A stretch of 64,000 nt of DNA from Chloroflexota bacterium (lineage in GTDB: Bacteria > Chloroflexota > UBA6077 > JAJPHF01), in contig DATGKN010000164.1 in the NCBI GenBank assembly GCA_035294645.1, positions 99 to 64,098 of the forward strand, given 5' to 3'. Made by a program: the position numbers and the translations under genes. Below, in pieces: positions 36,186 through 45,775 of the stretch (position 1 is its first letter; every line of letters begins with the position of its first letter). Below the pieces are notes generated by a model. It was not told the DNA's origin and ran no database searches. It was given only the letters and a program-made list of their open reading frames with translations.

Positions 36186-37334
36186 TCATTCCGGCACGCG
36201 CCCCAGCTCGTTCAGCACCTCGTCCACCAGCTCGGTGCCGAATAGATCGGCCAGCACCGCGTCGGGAATCGGCTCCGGCACGAAGCCCCGCTCGCGGAAC
36301 CAGCGGTAGGAGTGGCGCACCGACTCCACGTCGAACTGCCCGTTGGGGCTGAGCCCGACCGGGACCATCTGGCGCACGGTCTCGAGGTCGATGCGCGTGT
36401 ATTTGGCCATGATGGCGTCGATCTGGGCACGCTCGGCCTCCCCGCTCCGCCCGGTCACGGCGTTGTTGTAGTCGCGCAGGGCGCGGATGTACCCGCGCGC
36501 GAACCGCTTCGCCGCGTCGCGCTGGGCGTAGAAGCCGCGCGAGAACCCCACCAGCGCGATGTTGTAGTTGGGGTACATTTCGTCGAGCCCCATCACGCGC
36601 ACGACCGTGCCCTGCCGCAGCGCGTGGGTCAGGAACGGCTCCACGATCATCGCGCCGTCCACCGAGCCGTTGGCCAGCGCGGGCACCATGTCGGGGAACG
36701 GTAGCGGCTCGATCACCAGGTCGTCGATCGAGGCGCCGACGCGCTGCATCGCCACGTCCATCGGCATGGCGTTGGTGGTCGCCTTCCCGGGCGGCGTGAA
36801 GGCGATGCGTAGGCCCTTGAGGTCGTCGAGCCGGTGGCCGCGACCGGCATCGTACACCTCCTTGCGGAGTACCAGCGCCGTGTAGCCCATCCCCGGCCGC
36901 ACGCTGCCCTTGTCGAGCACCAGTTTCAGCGACACGCCGCGGGCGATGGCGTTCCACGTCGCCGCGTTGCCGCCCACGCCGCCGACCTCGAGCTGCTCCG
37001 TGGCCAGCGCTGGGACCATCTCCGATGCGTTGGCAAAGCTCTCCAGGCTGACCTCCAGTCCCTCCTCCTGCCAGTAGCCGCGCTCGAGGGCGAGGTAGTG
37101 GCCGATATCGGTCGAGGCGAACTGGCTGCCGACGCGCACGCGCACGGGCGCGGGCGCGGGCGGGGCCGTGGGCGCCGCGGCGGCCGCGACCTGGGGTGGC
37201 CGCCCACTGTCGGCGCCCGCCGGGCGGGTATCCGCGGCGCGGGGCGAGGAGGGCGCGCCCGGGGCACAGGCGATCGCCAGCCCCACCAGCACGAGTAGGC
37301 TTCCCAAGCGGGGCGCGGACGCGTGGGACTGCAT
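36186..37334 (-). CDS. Lipoprotein, NMT1/SsuA-family substrate-binding protein (orphan; paralog 2 of 4)
   Basis: Lipobox GLAIAC followed by a Pro/Ala-rich linker. About 45% identical by eye to the 15390..16538 product (GVSLKLVLDKGSVRPGMGYTAL...FPDMVPALANGSVDGAMIVEPF). GAGGAGGG RBS. Confidence 0.8.
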   Translation of the reverse strand: MQSHASAPRLGSLLVLVGLAIACAPGAPSSPRAADTRPAGADSGRPPQVAAAAAPTAPPAPAPVRVRVGSQFASTDIGHYLALERGYWQEEGLEVSLESFANASEMVPALATEQLEVGGVGGNAATWNAIARGVSLKLVLDKGSVRPGMGYTALVLRKEVYDAGRGHRLDDLKGLRIAFTPPGKATTNAMPMDVAMQRVGASIDDLVIEPLPFPDMVPALANGSVDGAMIVEPFLTHALRQGTVVRVMGLDEMYPNYNIALVGFSRGFYAQRDAAKRFARGYIRALRDYNNAVTGRSGEAERAQIDAIMAKYTRIDLETVRQMVPVGLSPNGQFDVESVRHSYRWFRERGFVPEPIPDAVLADLFGTELVDEVLNELGRVPE

Positions 37335-37366
37335 CTTGCCCTCCTCATGTAGCAGGGACGGTCTGC

Positions 37367-37819
37367 TCAGCCCCCGAGTCGGTGCAGCAGGCGCGGGCCG
37401 AACAGCGCCAGGCCGGCGCCCGTGGCGCCCAGCGCGGCGACCAGCACGCCGGCCGCGGCCAGGTCCTTGATCGCTCGCACCCGCGGGTCGAGTTCCGGGC
37501 AGGCCAGGTCGGCCAGCCGCTCGACCGCGCTGTTCAGCGCTTCCAGCCCGATCACCAGCCCGTACAGCGTGGCCAGCAGCGCCCACTCCACTGGCGCGAG
37601 ACCCAGCCACAGCCCCAACAGCGCCGCGGCGCCCGCCAGCGCGACGTGGATGCGAGCGTTGGCCTCGTGGCGCAGCAGGTAGGCCAGTCCAGCGAAGGCG
37701 GCGGCGAAGCTGCGCGCCAGCCGGCGTGGGCCCAGCGTGGGCGCCCGGCGCTCGCGAACGACCGGCGCCGGGGCCCGCGGCTCGCGCGCGGCGTCGGGCA
37801 GGGTGGGCGGGGCACTCAT
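37367..37819 (-). CDS. dgkA: Diacylglycerol kinase / undecaprenol kinase family (DgkA)
   Basis: RHEANARIH...GLEALNSAVERLAD...AIKDLAAAGVLV match DgkA conserved motifs. 150 aa, 3 TM. Confidence 0.8.
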   Translation of the reverse strand: MSAPPTLPDAAREPRAPAPVVRERRAPTLGPRRLARSFAAAFAGLAYLLRHEANARIHVALAGAAALLGLWLGLAPVEWALLATLYGLVIGLEALNSAVERLADLACPELDPRVRAIKDLAAAGVLVAALGATGAGLALFGPRLLHRLGG

Positions 37820-38310
37820 CGGACCAGCCCCAGCGGCGCCAGGATCGCCTCCTCGCGGGCGCGCATCACGGCGGCGTCGGCCGGCCGCTCGTGGTCGTAG
37901 CCGAGCAGGTGCAGCAGGCCGTGCACGGCCAGGTAGGCCGCCTCGCGCTCGACCGAGTGGCCGTACTCGGCCGCCTGGGCCACGGCGCGCGGCCACGACA
38001 GCACGATGTCGCCCAGATGCACGCGCGCGCCGGGCGGCCGCACGAACGCCACACGCGCGCCGCTGGCCGCCGGCCCCTCCAGCGGGAACGACAGCACGTC
38101 GGTGGGGGCATCGATCCCGCGCAGCGCGCGGTTGAGCGCCCGGATGCCCGCGTCGTCGGTGAGCCGCACGTCCACCTCGTGTTCCGTCGCGCGCCCCTCG
38201 GCGGCCAGCGCGGCCTCCACCGCCCGGCGGACCAGCGCCGCGTCAGCCTGGCGCCGTACCGCGGGATCGAGGGTCACGCGCACCCGCGAGGGCCGCGCCG
38301 CGCGCTTCAT
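37816..38310 (-). CDS. ybeY: rRNA maturation endoribonuclease YbeY
   Basis: HGLLHLLGYDHE zinc-binding motif. 164 aa. Confidence 0.9.
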   Translation of the reverse strand: MKRAARPSRVRVTLDPAVRRQADAALVRRAVEAALAAEGRATEHEVDVRLTDDAGIRALNRALRGIDAPTDVLSFPLEGPAASGARVAFVRPPGARVHLGDIVLSWPRAVAQAAEYGHSVEREAAYLAVHGLLHLLGYDHERPADAAVMRAREEAILAPLGLVR

Positions 38311-38873
38311 TCCCTGCTCGCCAGCAGCCGCTGGACGACGCGGCTCACTAGCCCTAGGTCGGCCTTGCCGCGCAGCTGGGAACCGAGCCGGCCCATCACC
38401 TTGCCCATGTCGCGCGGGCCGCTGGCGCCCAGCTCGGCGATGGTCGCCGCCGCCAGCGCCTCGATCTCGACTTCCGAGAGCTGCTCGGGCTGGTAGGCCA
38501 GCAGCACGTGCAGCTCGGCTTCCTCGCGGTCGACCAAGTCCTGCCGCCCGGCGCGCCGGTAGGCCTCGATCGCTTCGCGCCGCTGCTTGATCTGGCGCGC
38601 GAGCACGGTGTTGACGATCTCCTCGTCCGACAGCGCGGCGTCGCGGGCCAGCGCGGCGATCTCCTCAGCGGTCAACGCCGCGAAGGCGTCGGCCGTCGGT
38701 TCGGCGGCCGCGCCGCCCTTCTGCTCGGCTCGCTCGCGGACCAACGCTGTGCGGCGCTCCTGCTCGGCCTGCTGGATCGCCGCGCGCAGCAGGCGGATCG
38801 TCTGGGCGCGTAGGTGCTGGCCCTGGCGCAGGGCATCGCGCAGGTCGGCGTCGAGCCGCTCTCGCAGCCCCAT
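38307..38873 (-). CDS. GatB/YqeY domain-containing protein
   Basis: MGLRERLDADLRDALRQGQHLRAQTIRLLRAAI...GPRDMGKVMGRLGSQLRGKADLGLVSRVVQ. ATG at 38873 with AAGGAG RBS. Confidence 0.7.
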   Translation of the reverse strand: MGLRERLDADLRDALRQGQHLRAQTIRLLRAAIQQAEQERRTALVRERAEQKGGAAAEPTADAFAALTAEEIAALARDAALSDEEIVNTVLARQIKQRREAIEAYRRAGRQDLVDREEAELHVLLAYQPEQLSEVEIEALAAATIAELGASGPRDMGKVMGRLGSQLRGKADLGLVSRVVQRLLASRE

Positions 38874-38973
38874 GGTGTTCTCCTTCGTCCGTACGCCCGG
38901 TCGCATGATAACAGCCGCGTGGCGCTTGCCGCTCCCCGGCCGCCCCGGTATCATTGCCTGGCGCGGGGGGCGC

Positions 38974-39414
38974 ATGGATCCGTTCACCGAGCTGTTCAAT
39001 CCCGGCTACTGGGTGCGTGACCCGTTCGAGGGAACGCTACACCCGGTGTACCTCGCGCTGGGCGCGGCGTTCGCGCTGCTGGCGCTCGGCTGGGCGGCAG
39101 TAGCGATCTGGGCCCCGCGGCTGACCCGCGGCCACCGCCTCAAGATCCGGCTGTTCCGGCAGATGGCGGCCTGGTACGGCACGCTGGGGGCGCTCGGCCT
39201 GTTCTGGGTGCTGTGCCGGCTGATCGGCTCGCCGCTGTTCGCGCGTCCGCTATGGTTCTGGCTAACGGTCGTGGTCCTCGTGGCGGTGACGGTGTACTAC
39301 GTGCGCTTCTGGCGCGTGCGCTACCCGCCGCTGGCCCAGGCGTACGCGGAAGCCGAGCGCCGGCGCCGCTGGATGCCGCAGCCGAAGCGCCGCGCCGCTG
39401 CCCGCCGCCGCTAG
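38974..39414 (+). CDS. Hypothetical small membrane protein (2-3 TM)
   Basis: Hydrophobic segments (VYLALGAAFALLALGWAAVAIWA; LGALGLFWVLCRLIG; LWFWLTVVVLVAVTVYYV). Basic C-terminus. Confidence 0.5.
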   Translation: MDPFTELFNPGYWVRDPFEGTLHPVYLALGAAFALLALGWAAVAIWAPRLTRGHRLKIRLFRQMAAWYGTLGALGLFWVLCRLIGSPLFARPLWFWLTVVVLVAVTVYYVRFWRVRYPPLAQAYAEAERRRRWMPQPKRRAAARRR

Positions 39415-39515
39415 CTGTCCGTGACCGCTGGACGAACCGGTTCCCCCGGTGCGGCGCAGGGCAGGCCCGCCCTGCCGAGCGGCGGGGGCCGGCGCGCTGC
39501 GTGGGGCATCGAGCG

Positions 39516-40262
39516 CTAGCTGGCCTGCTGCTCGGCGGCGATCGCCGCGTCGAGGGCCGGCAGCGCGTCGAACTCGTCGGCGGCCAGCTTGTAGGCCCGC
39601 TGCAGGTACAAGTCGGCCAGGCGCTGGCCGCGCGGGCCGGGCTGCCGCGCCGCGGCGATCAGCTCCGCCACCCGGTACTTCGGCGCCAGGTAGCGCGCCA
39701 CCCGCTCCATGGCCGCCACCGCCTCGGCCACCGCCCGCGGGTCGTTACCCTCCACGGCGTAGCGCAGCTGGCCGGTGCGCTTGGCCAGCTCGCCCAGCCG
39801 GTCGCGGTCGCTCATCAGCTGCAGCAGCACCTCCTCGGCGTCCAGCTCGGGCAGCGCCGGGGGCGGCTCGGCCGGCTCGCGCGCGGCATACGCCTCGAAC
39901 CGCTCGGCGTACTCCTGCGCCGCCCGCGCGGCCGCGGCGAGCAGCTGGTCGGGCGCGGTGGACACTAGGGCGCCGCCGCACACCAGGTCGTCGTGGCGCA
40001 GGCGCGCCAGCCGCTCGAGGACCGCGACGCTCTCCACGACCTCTGGCAGCGGCGGCAGCGGCATCGCGCCGGGCGCCAACGCGCCGCCCGTCAGGCCGCC
40101 GAGGCTGCCAGCGAACATGGGCGGCACGTACTTGCCCAGCTCGATGGCGATCGGCAGCACCACTAGGTAGGTGGCCACGATGGTGCCCTCGGGCGCGCGG
40201 AAGTACACCAGCGCGTGCCCGCGCGGGCGCTCGGGGTCGCCGATCTCGAACAGCAGCTGCAT
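39516..40262 (-). CDS. Hypothetical protein, probably expressed from a leaderless mRNA
   Basis: ATG (MQLLFEIGDPERPRGHALVYFRAPEG...) is preceded on the coding strand by a perfect TATAAT 6 nt upstream with no SD sequence. No family recognised. Confidence 0.5.
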   Translation of the reverse strand: MQLLFEIGDPERPRGHALVYFRAPEGTIVATYLVVLPIAIELGKYVPPMFAGSLGGLTGGALAPGAMPLPPLPEVVESVAVLERLARLRHDDLVCGGALVSTAPDQLLAAAARAAQEYAERFEAYAAREPAEPPPALPELDAEEVLLQLMSDRDRLGELAKRTGQLRYAVEGNDPRAVAEAVAAMERVARYLAPKYRVAELIAAARQPGPRGQRLADLYLQRAYKLAADEFDALPALDAAIAAEQQAS

Positions 40263-40268
40263 GTTCAA

Positions 40269-40274
40269 ATTATA
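40269..40274 (-). promoter_or_regulatory. Consensus -10 hexamer TATAAT immediately upstream of the 39516..40262 start codon
   Basis: ggcctATAATttgaacATG on the minus strand. A rare perfect consensus in this GC-rich context. Confidence 0.45.
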
Positions 40275-40776
40275 GGCCGCGCCGAGCAGCCACAGGGCCC
40301 GCGGGCGGGAGCGGCCTACGCGCCGGCGGGGGCGGGCGGGCCGGCCATGGCGAGGAGGCGCTCGTCGTCGGTCACGACTCCCGTGCGGCGCTCCTCGGCC
40401 AGCGCCACATTAGCCGGCATCGTACGCGGTCCGCCTCCAGCCAGGCCAGCTGGCGACGGGTACGAGCGCGAGCCGACCGACCTCGAGCCCCAGCCGCGCG
40501 CGATCGGCGGCGAGACGTTGGCATCCAGAACGCGTTCGTTCATCCGGGCCCCGCGTCCCGTTGGGCCCGCGCGGGTGGCAGCCGCGTCCGGCTCGTGGCC
40601 CGTGACCAGGCGGCGAATCCGCGCCGCCGTGCGGCCTGGTGGATCAAAGTCACGCCCAGGCGGTGAAGCCGTTCGCAGACGCGTTCGCCCCGCGCACCCG
40701 ATCATGGGGCTACCCGGCCGGCGCGCTGGTGCAGGACCAGGGCGGCCGTCCCGTTCGCGATACCGAGGAGGTCGCC

Positions 40777-41793
40777 ATGATCCCGCGCCGCGGCACTGCC
40801 GCCCTCGCATCCACCCCAGGGCGCCTCGCGCGCGTCGTTCTCCTGGGGCTGCTGCCCTGGGTGGCCGTCTTCGCATCCCCCGCGCATGCCCAGCGGCACG
40901 GCCCCGCGCCCGTCGCGCGGCTGCAGCTCGTCGTCAACTATGTCACCATCTACGATGATGGCGACTGGTGGGGCGCGGGCGAGTTCACGGTATGGACTCG
41001 ATTGGACCGCTACCTCGGGTGTCAGGACAGCGGGGATCCGCTCCGCGACGGCTGCGGGGTGTACCGGGGGTATGTCGGCGAGAGCTGGCGGTTTTCGGCC
41101 AGCTCCGGGAGCGTGCACCAGCTCGACCGGCTGATGCCCAGTGCGAGCAGCGACAACCGCGATCGCACTGCCGCGTCGGCCGAGGCCGGGATCGCCGTAC
41201 ACCCTGGCGAGGTCCTCGCGCTGCGCCTCGGCGCCAGCGAGAGCGACCCGCTGCCCGACATGGGCTTTGAGCATGGCGTGGCCCCGGCCGCCGACCTGGT
41301 CCTGCGCGAGCGGGACGGCTGGAGCGTGGGCCGCCACAGCCAGCGGCTGCGCCGCGGCGGGTTCGACATCACCGTGGTCTATGAGGTGCGGCGCACCCCG
41401 CTGCCCGATCTGGTGCCGCACAACCTGCGGCAGTTCGCCCTGGACGACGGGCGACCCGTGGTATGCCCCTCCGTCTTGAACCAGGGGCAGCGCCCCGCCG
41501 GCCCGTTCCAGCTAGCGCTCCAGGTGGATGGCGCCGTGCCCGCCTGGGGGACTTTTCCGGTCTCGGGCCTGGCGGTCAGCGAGGTGACCGAGCACTGCTT
41601 CCTGGTCGATACGCTTCCCCCGGGCCCGCACCGGTTCGCGGTCCTGGTCGACGCGCCCGGCCAGGTCGCGGAGATGAACGAGGCCAACAACAGCGCCGCC
41701 GAGCAGACGTTTACCCTGCGGGCGCGGGCCACCCAGCTGAGTCCTACCGTGGGCCCGGCGGTCGCGCCGGAGCGCCCGCGCTCTGGGCGCTAG
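40777..41793 (+). CDS. Secreted protein with C-terminal CARDB-like (cell-adhesion-related) domain
   Basis: Signal peptide (VVLLGLLPWVAVFASPAHA). C-terminal ...FAVLVDAPGQVAEMNEANNSAAEQTFTL typical of CARDB. GAGGAGG RBS before ATG. Confidence 0.6.
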   Translation: MIPRRGTAALASTPGRLARVVLLGLLPWVAVFASPAHAQRHGPAPVARLQLVVNYVTIYDDGDWWGAGEFTVWTRLDRYLGCQDSGDPLRDGCGVYRGYVGESWRFSASSGSVHQLDRLMPSASSDNRDRTAASAEAGIAVHPGEVLALRLGASESDPLPDMGFEHGVAPAADLVLRERDGWSVGRHSQRLRRGGFDITVVYEVRRTPLPDLVPHNLRQFALDDGRPVVCPSVLNQGQRPAGPFQLALQVDGAVPAWGTFPVSGLAVSEVTEHCFLVDTLPPGPHRFAVLVDAPGQVAEMNEANNSAAEQTFTLRARATQLSPTVGPAVAPERPRSGR

Positions 41794-41983
41794 CGCTCGT
41801 GGGGAGGCGGGGGCGCACGCGCCCCCCCCCGCGTCGTCAGCCACCTGGCCCCGCCGATCCGGCCTGCACAGCTCACGAGACGGGCCGGCGCGGGTTGACG
41901 GGGGGACGGAACGCGGTGTAGCCTCCATCGCGCCCCGCGGCCGCGGCCCCAGGGAGCGAGCAACGAAACGAGGGGATGCTTGG

Positions 41984-43072
41984 GTGGAAGGACGCCACGC
42001 CACAAGGGGCGGCTGGCTGGTTTTGCCCCTGCTGGCGCTGAGCCTGGCGAGCTGCGTCGCCGCCACACCCGGCACGCTAGCCGGAACCCCGACGCCCGCT
42101 AGCCTCGCCGTGCTGGCCCCCACACCCACGCCCACCGCCGGCACCTTTCCCTTCCGCGTCGGGATCACGCAGCTCCCGCAGGTGGCGGGCTACCTTCTCC
42201 CGTACTGGGTGGGCATCGACGGCGGGGTGTTCCCGCGGGAGGGGCTGGCGGTGACGCTCGTGCCCCTGCCCAGCGAGCAGCTGGCCATGTCGGCGGTGGC
42301 CAACGGCCACGTCGATGTGGTGGTGGCCCCGCCCTCCCTGCCGCTGCTAGCCAGCGCGGCGCTGGTCGGCAACGTGGTCATCCTGGGGGGCACCCACAAC
42401 GCCTTCGACCAGCGGCTGATCACCGCCGCCGACATCACCACGGCCGCCGAGCTCGTCGGCAAGGCGGCGATCATCAACGCCAAGGGCTCGCTGAACGATT
42501 TCCAGACGCGCGAGGCGCTCCGGCGTGTGGGGATCGACCCCGAGACCCAGCTCGCGGGCTACTGGGTGGGGCCGAACCAGGCCGAGCGCATCCAACACCT
42601 GAAGCTGGGTAACGGCCAGGCGATCGTGCTGCCGCCGCCGCTGAGCACGATCATCGCCAAGGAGGGCTACACCGACTTCGGCGACCTCAGCGAAGGCCCC
42701 CCCTGGCCCGGCGCCGCCATCTGGACCACTCGCGCGAGCTACACTAGCCGCTACCCGTACATGGAGCGGTTCATCCGCGGGCTGTTCGCTAGCATCGCGC
42801 GCACCAAGCACGACCCGGATTTCGCCCGCGAGCTGCTGAAGCGCTATACCCAGCTCGACGACCCCGACGGCCTCGCCGAGGCGTACGCGGTGTACGGCGA
42901 CCGGCTGCTGGAGCGCGTGCCACGCCTGTCAGTAGAGGGCCTCCAGCGCGCGATCGACTTCGCCGCCCAAGCGCGCCCGGGGGTCGCGCTCCCCCGCGCC
43001 GAGACGCTGGTCGACCACTCGCTGGTCGATCGCGTGGCGGCCAGCGACCTGCTGGAGCAGCTGTACCGCTAG
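41984..43072 (+). CDS. Lipoprotein, NMT1/SsuA-like substrate-binding protein (orphan; diverged paralog 4 of 4)
   Basis: Lipobox LSLASC followed by a Thr/Pro-rich linker. NMT1-like architecture (VGITQLP...YWVGIDGGVFPREGLAVTLVP...). GTG start per the ORF track. Confidence 0.65.
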   Translation: MEGRHATRGGWLVLPLLALSLASCVAATPGTLAGTPTPASLAVLAPTPTPTAGTFPFRVGITQLPQVAGYLLPYWVGIDGGVFPREGLAVTLVPLPSEQLAMSAVANGHVDVVVAPPSLPLLASAALVGNVVILGGTHNAFDQRLITAADITTAAELVGKAAIINAKGSLNDFQTREALRRVGIDPETQLAGYWVGPNQAERIQHLKLGNGQAIVLPPPLSTIIAKEGYTDFGDLSEGPPWPGAAIWTTRASYTSRYPYMERFIRGLFASIARTKHDPDFARELLKRYTQLDDPDGLAEAYAVYGDRLLERVPRLSVEGLQRAIDFAAQARPGVALPRAETLVDHSLVDRVAASDLLEQLYR

Positions 43073-43082
43073 CGCGGCGCGC

Positions 43083-43274
43083 TCAGGCGGCCTCCTCCAG
43101 CCGCGAGGGGGGAGGGGGCTCGGCGAACGGTCCGCTGGGGGGGCCCGCTGGGGGGTGCTCCAGCTTACCCCGCTCCGCCAGCCAGCGCAGGAAGCGGAGG
43201 TGTGCAACACTCACGGGCTTGGGCGCCTCGCGGAACATCCGCAGATCCGGATCATAGTTCTTCGTGCCGTTCAT
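43083..43274 (-). CDS. Small hypothetical protein (63 aa)
   Basis: MNGTKNYDPDLRMFREAPKPVSVAHLRFLRWLAERGKLEHPP... with GAGGA RBS before ATG. The longer ORF-track version is not supported. Confidence 0.4.
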   Translation of the reverse strand: MNGTKNYDPDLRMFREAPKPVSVAHLRFLRWLAERGKLEHPPAGPPSGPFAEPPPPSRLEEAA

Positions 43275-43560
43275 CGTCGTCCTCGCTTCCCCTGGCGGGT
43301 GACTACCCGCCGCTGTTAAGTCAATCATCGACGCGCGCCGGCGATTGCACAGGGGGGGGGCACCCTTGCTCCCTATACACAGTGTGCCATGGCCGCGGCC
43401 GCCCGCGTCGTGCACGCGATCACAGCGCCGTCGCGAACCGCGCCACACCCCGCGTATCACCCGAGGTAACCGCTGGGGCGGCGCGGGCGTCCGGCGACCG
43501 ATTGAGCGGATGGGCGCGCGCCTGATACACTTCGGGCCGAGTTGCGCACATGGGGAGCCG

Positions 43561-44571
43561 ATGCGAGCGCTGATCACTGGCGGGGCGGGGTTTATCGGCT
43601 GCAACCTGGCGCGCTACCTGGCCGACCGCGGCCACGCTGTCCGGATCCTCGACAACCTGGCGCGGCCGGGCAGTGAGCGCAACCTCGCCTGGCTGCGCGC
43701 CACGATCGGCCCCGCCTTGGAGGTCGTGCAGGCCGACGTGCGCGACGCGGCCGCCGTGCGCGCCGCCGCCGCGGGCGCCGACGCGATCTTCCACCTGGCC
43801 GCCCAGGTGGCGGTGACCACCTCGGTGGCCGACCCGGTGCACGACTTCGAGGTCAACGCGCGCGGCACCCTCAACGTGCTGGAGGCGGCGCGCCAGCACG
43901 GCTGCGCGGTGTTCTACACCTCCACCAATAAAGTCTACGGTGGCCTGGACGACGTGGCCGTGGTCGAGCAGGCCACGCGCTATGCCTATGCCGACCGGCC
44001 CCAGGGGATCGACGAGCGGCAGCCGCTCGACTTCCACTCGCCTTACGGTTGCTCGAAGGGCGCGGCCGATCAGTACGTACGCGACTACGCGCGCATCTAC
44101 GGCCTGCGCACGGTCGTGTTCCGCATGAGCTGCATCTACGGCCCGCGGCAGTTCGGCAACGAGGATCAGGGCTGGGTGGCGCACTTCGTGATCGCGGCGG
44201 TGCTGGGGCGCCCCATCACCATCTATGGCGACGGCAAGCAGGTGCGCGACGTACTGCACGTGGACGACCTGCTGCGAGCGTTCGAACTAGCTTACACCCG
44301 TCTCGACACTACCGCCGGCCAGATCTACAACCTGGGCGGCGGTCCGGCCAACACGCTCGCGGTGTGGGCCGAGTTCGGGCCGCTGCTCGAAGAGCTGCTC
44401 GGTCGCCGCCTCCCGGTCAACTACGGGCCGTGGCGGCCAGGCGACCAGAAGGTGTACGTCTCCGACGTGCGGCGGGCGGCCGCGTTCGGGTGGCAGCCGA
44501 CGATTCCCGCCCACGAGGGCATCGCGCGGCTCCTCGCCTGGGTCCAGGAGCACCGCCACCTGTTCGCCTGA
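43561..44571 (+). CDS. NAD-dependent sugar-nucleotide epimerase/dehydratase (CDP-paratose/UDP-hexose 4-epimerase family)
   Basis: MRALITGGAGFIGCNL (Rossmann GxxGxxG), catalytic S...YGCSKGAADQY (YxxxK), ...NLGGG... Confidence 0.85.
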   Translation: MRALITGGAGFIGCNLARYLADRGHAVRILDNLARPGSERNLAWLRATIGPALEVVQADVRDAAAVRAAAAGADAIFHLAAQVAVTTSVADPVHDFEVNARGTLNVLEAARQHGCAVFYTSTNKVYGGLDDVAVVEQATRYAYADRPQGIDERQPLDFHSPYGCSKGAADQYVRDYARIYGLRTVVFRMSCIYGPRQFGNEDQGWVAHFVIAAVLGRPITIYGDGKQVRDVLHVDDLLRAFELAYTRLDTTAGQIYNLGGGPANTLAVWAEFGPLLEELLGRRLPVNYGPWRPGDQKVYVSDVRRAAAFGWQPTIPAHEGIARLLAWVQEHRHLFA

Positions 44572-44578
44572 GCCCTGG

Positions 44579-45736
44579 TCAGCGCTGGTACGGCCCCAGG
44601 CGGCTGACTGCATACTCCTGGAAGCTGGTGTCGATCACCTGCGCCAGGTCGATCGGCTGCGTGACGTGGCCGGCGCGCTGGTAGTACTCGAGGTCGCGGG
44701 CAATCGACTCCAGGTTCAGCTTGCCGTCGGGATCGAGCCCGGCCGGGCGCATGGCCTCGTAGTCGCGCGGGTCCTTGATCGGCGTGTGCTTGGTCAGGAT
44801 CTGGATCACCTCGTCGCGGCCCTGCCGCTTGGGGCCGAACGCGTCGTTGTAGTCGCGGAGGCCGCGGATGTAGGCGATCATCCAGCGCCGCGCCACCTCC
44901 TGCTGCTCGCGCACGAACCCGGGGCCATACAGAATAGCCGCCACCTGGTGGTTGCCGTAGAACTCGGACACCCCATGCCAGCGGACGGCCGTGCCCAGGG
45001 CCTCGATGCGGGAGATGTACGGCTCGATGACGATCGCCGCGTCGATGGCCCCGTTGGCAAACGCCGAGATCATGTCGGTGAAGCTGAGCGCGGTATAGTG
45101 GATGTCCTCGAAGGCCAGCCCGCCTTTGGCCAGCGCCCACACCACCTCGACCTCTGTCGAGTTGCCGGGCGACGTGGTGGAGATCGTCAGGCCCTTTAGG
45201 TCCGCGTAGTCGCGTACGCGGCCCGAGTCGATCAGGTCCTTGCGCACCATCAGCGCCGAGAAGTCCCATTCCGGGCCGGGCGTGCTGCCCTTGTCGGCCA
45301 CGATGCGCAGCGGCACGTCGCGCGCCGCCGCGTTGAACACCCCCGCCGCGATCGCGCCGGTGGCCACGTCTAGCTGGCCGGTGCCCAGCGGGGCGATCAT
45401 CTGCGCCGCTGTCTGGAAGTTGGTCGTCTCGATCGCGATTCCCTCGTCGCGGAAGTACCCCTTCTCCATCGCAATGAACAGGCCGGCGTCGGAGGTCGAG
45501 TTCACCGTGCCCACGCGCACCGTCACCGGTGGCTGCAGCGGGGTCGGCTGGTAGGCCCGTGGCTGTGTGCTGGCCGGGGCCCCTGGGCTGGCGGACGCGG
45601 CCGGCGCGGCCGGGACGGCCGTGCTAGCGGCAGCCCCGCCGCTACGCCCGGGCTGCCCGCCCCCCGCGCAGGCCATGCTCAGCCCCAGTGCGGCCAGGAG
45701 GCCGAAAGCTAGCGGCACGACGCGACGCGATGGCAT
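44579..45736 (-). CDS. Lipoprotein, NMT1/SsuA-family substrate-binding protein (orphan; paralog 3 of 4)
   Basis: Lipobox GLSMAC followed by an Ala/Pro-rich linker. ...DVPLRIVADKGSTPGPEWDFSAL...FTDMISAFANGAIDAAIVIEPY... Confidence 0.8.
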   Translation of the reverse strand: MPSRRVVPLAFGLLAALGLSMACAGGGQPGRSGGAAASTAVPAAPAASASPGAPASTQPRAYQPTPLQPPVTVRVGTVNSTSDAGLFIAMEKGYFRDEGIAIETTNFQTAAQMIAPLGTGQLDVATGAIAAGVFNAAARDVPLRIVADKGSTPGPEWDFSALMVRKDLIDSGRVRDYADLKGLTISTTSPGNSTEVEVVWALAKGGLAFEDIHYTALSFTDMISAFANGAIDAAIVIEPYISRIEALGTAVRWHGVSEFYGNHQVAAILYGPGFVREQQEVARRWMIAYIRGLRDYNDAFGPKRQGRDEVIQILTKHTPIKDPRDYEAMRPAGLDPDGKLNLESIARDLEYYQRAGHVTQPIDLAQVIDTSFQEYAVSRLGPYQR

Positions 45737-45775
45737 GGTCGTACTCTCCCCCCTGAGCGCCTGCCCCCAGGCGCG

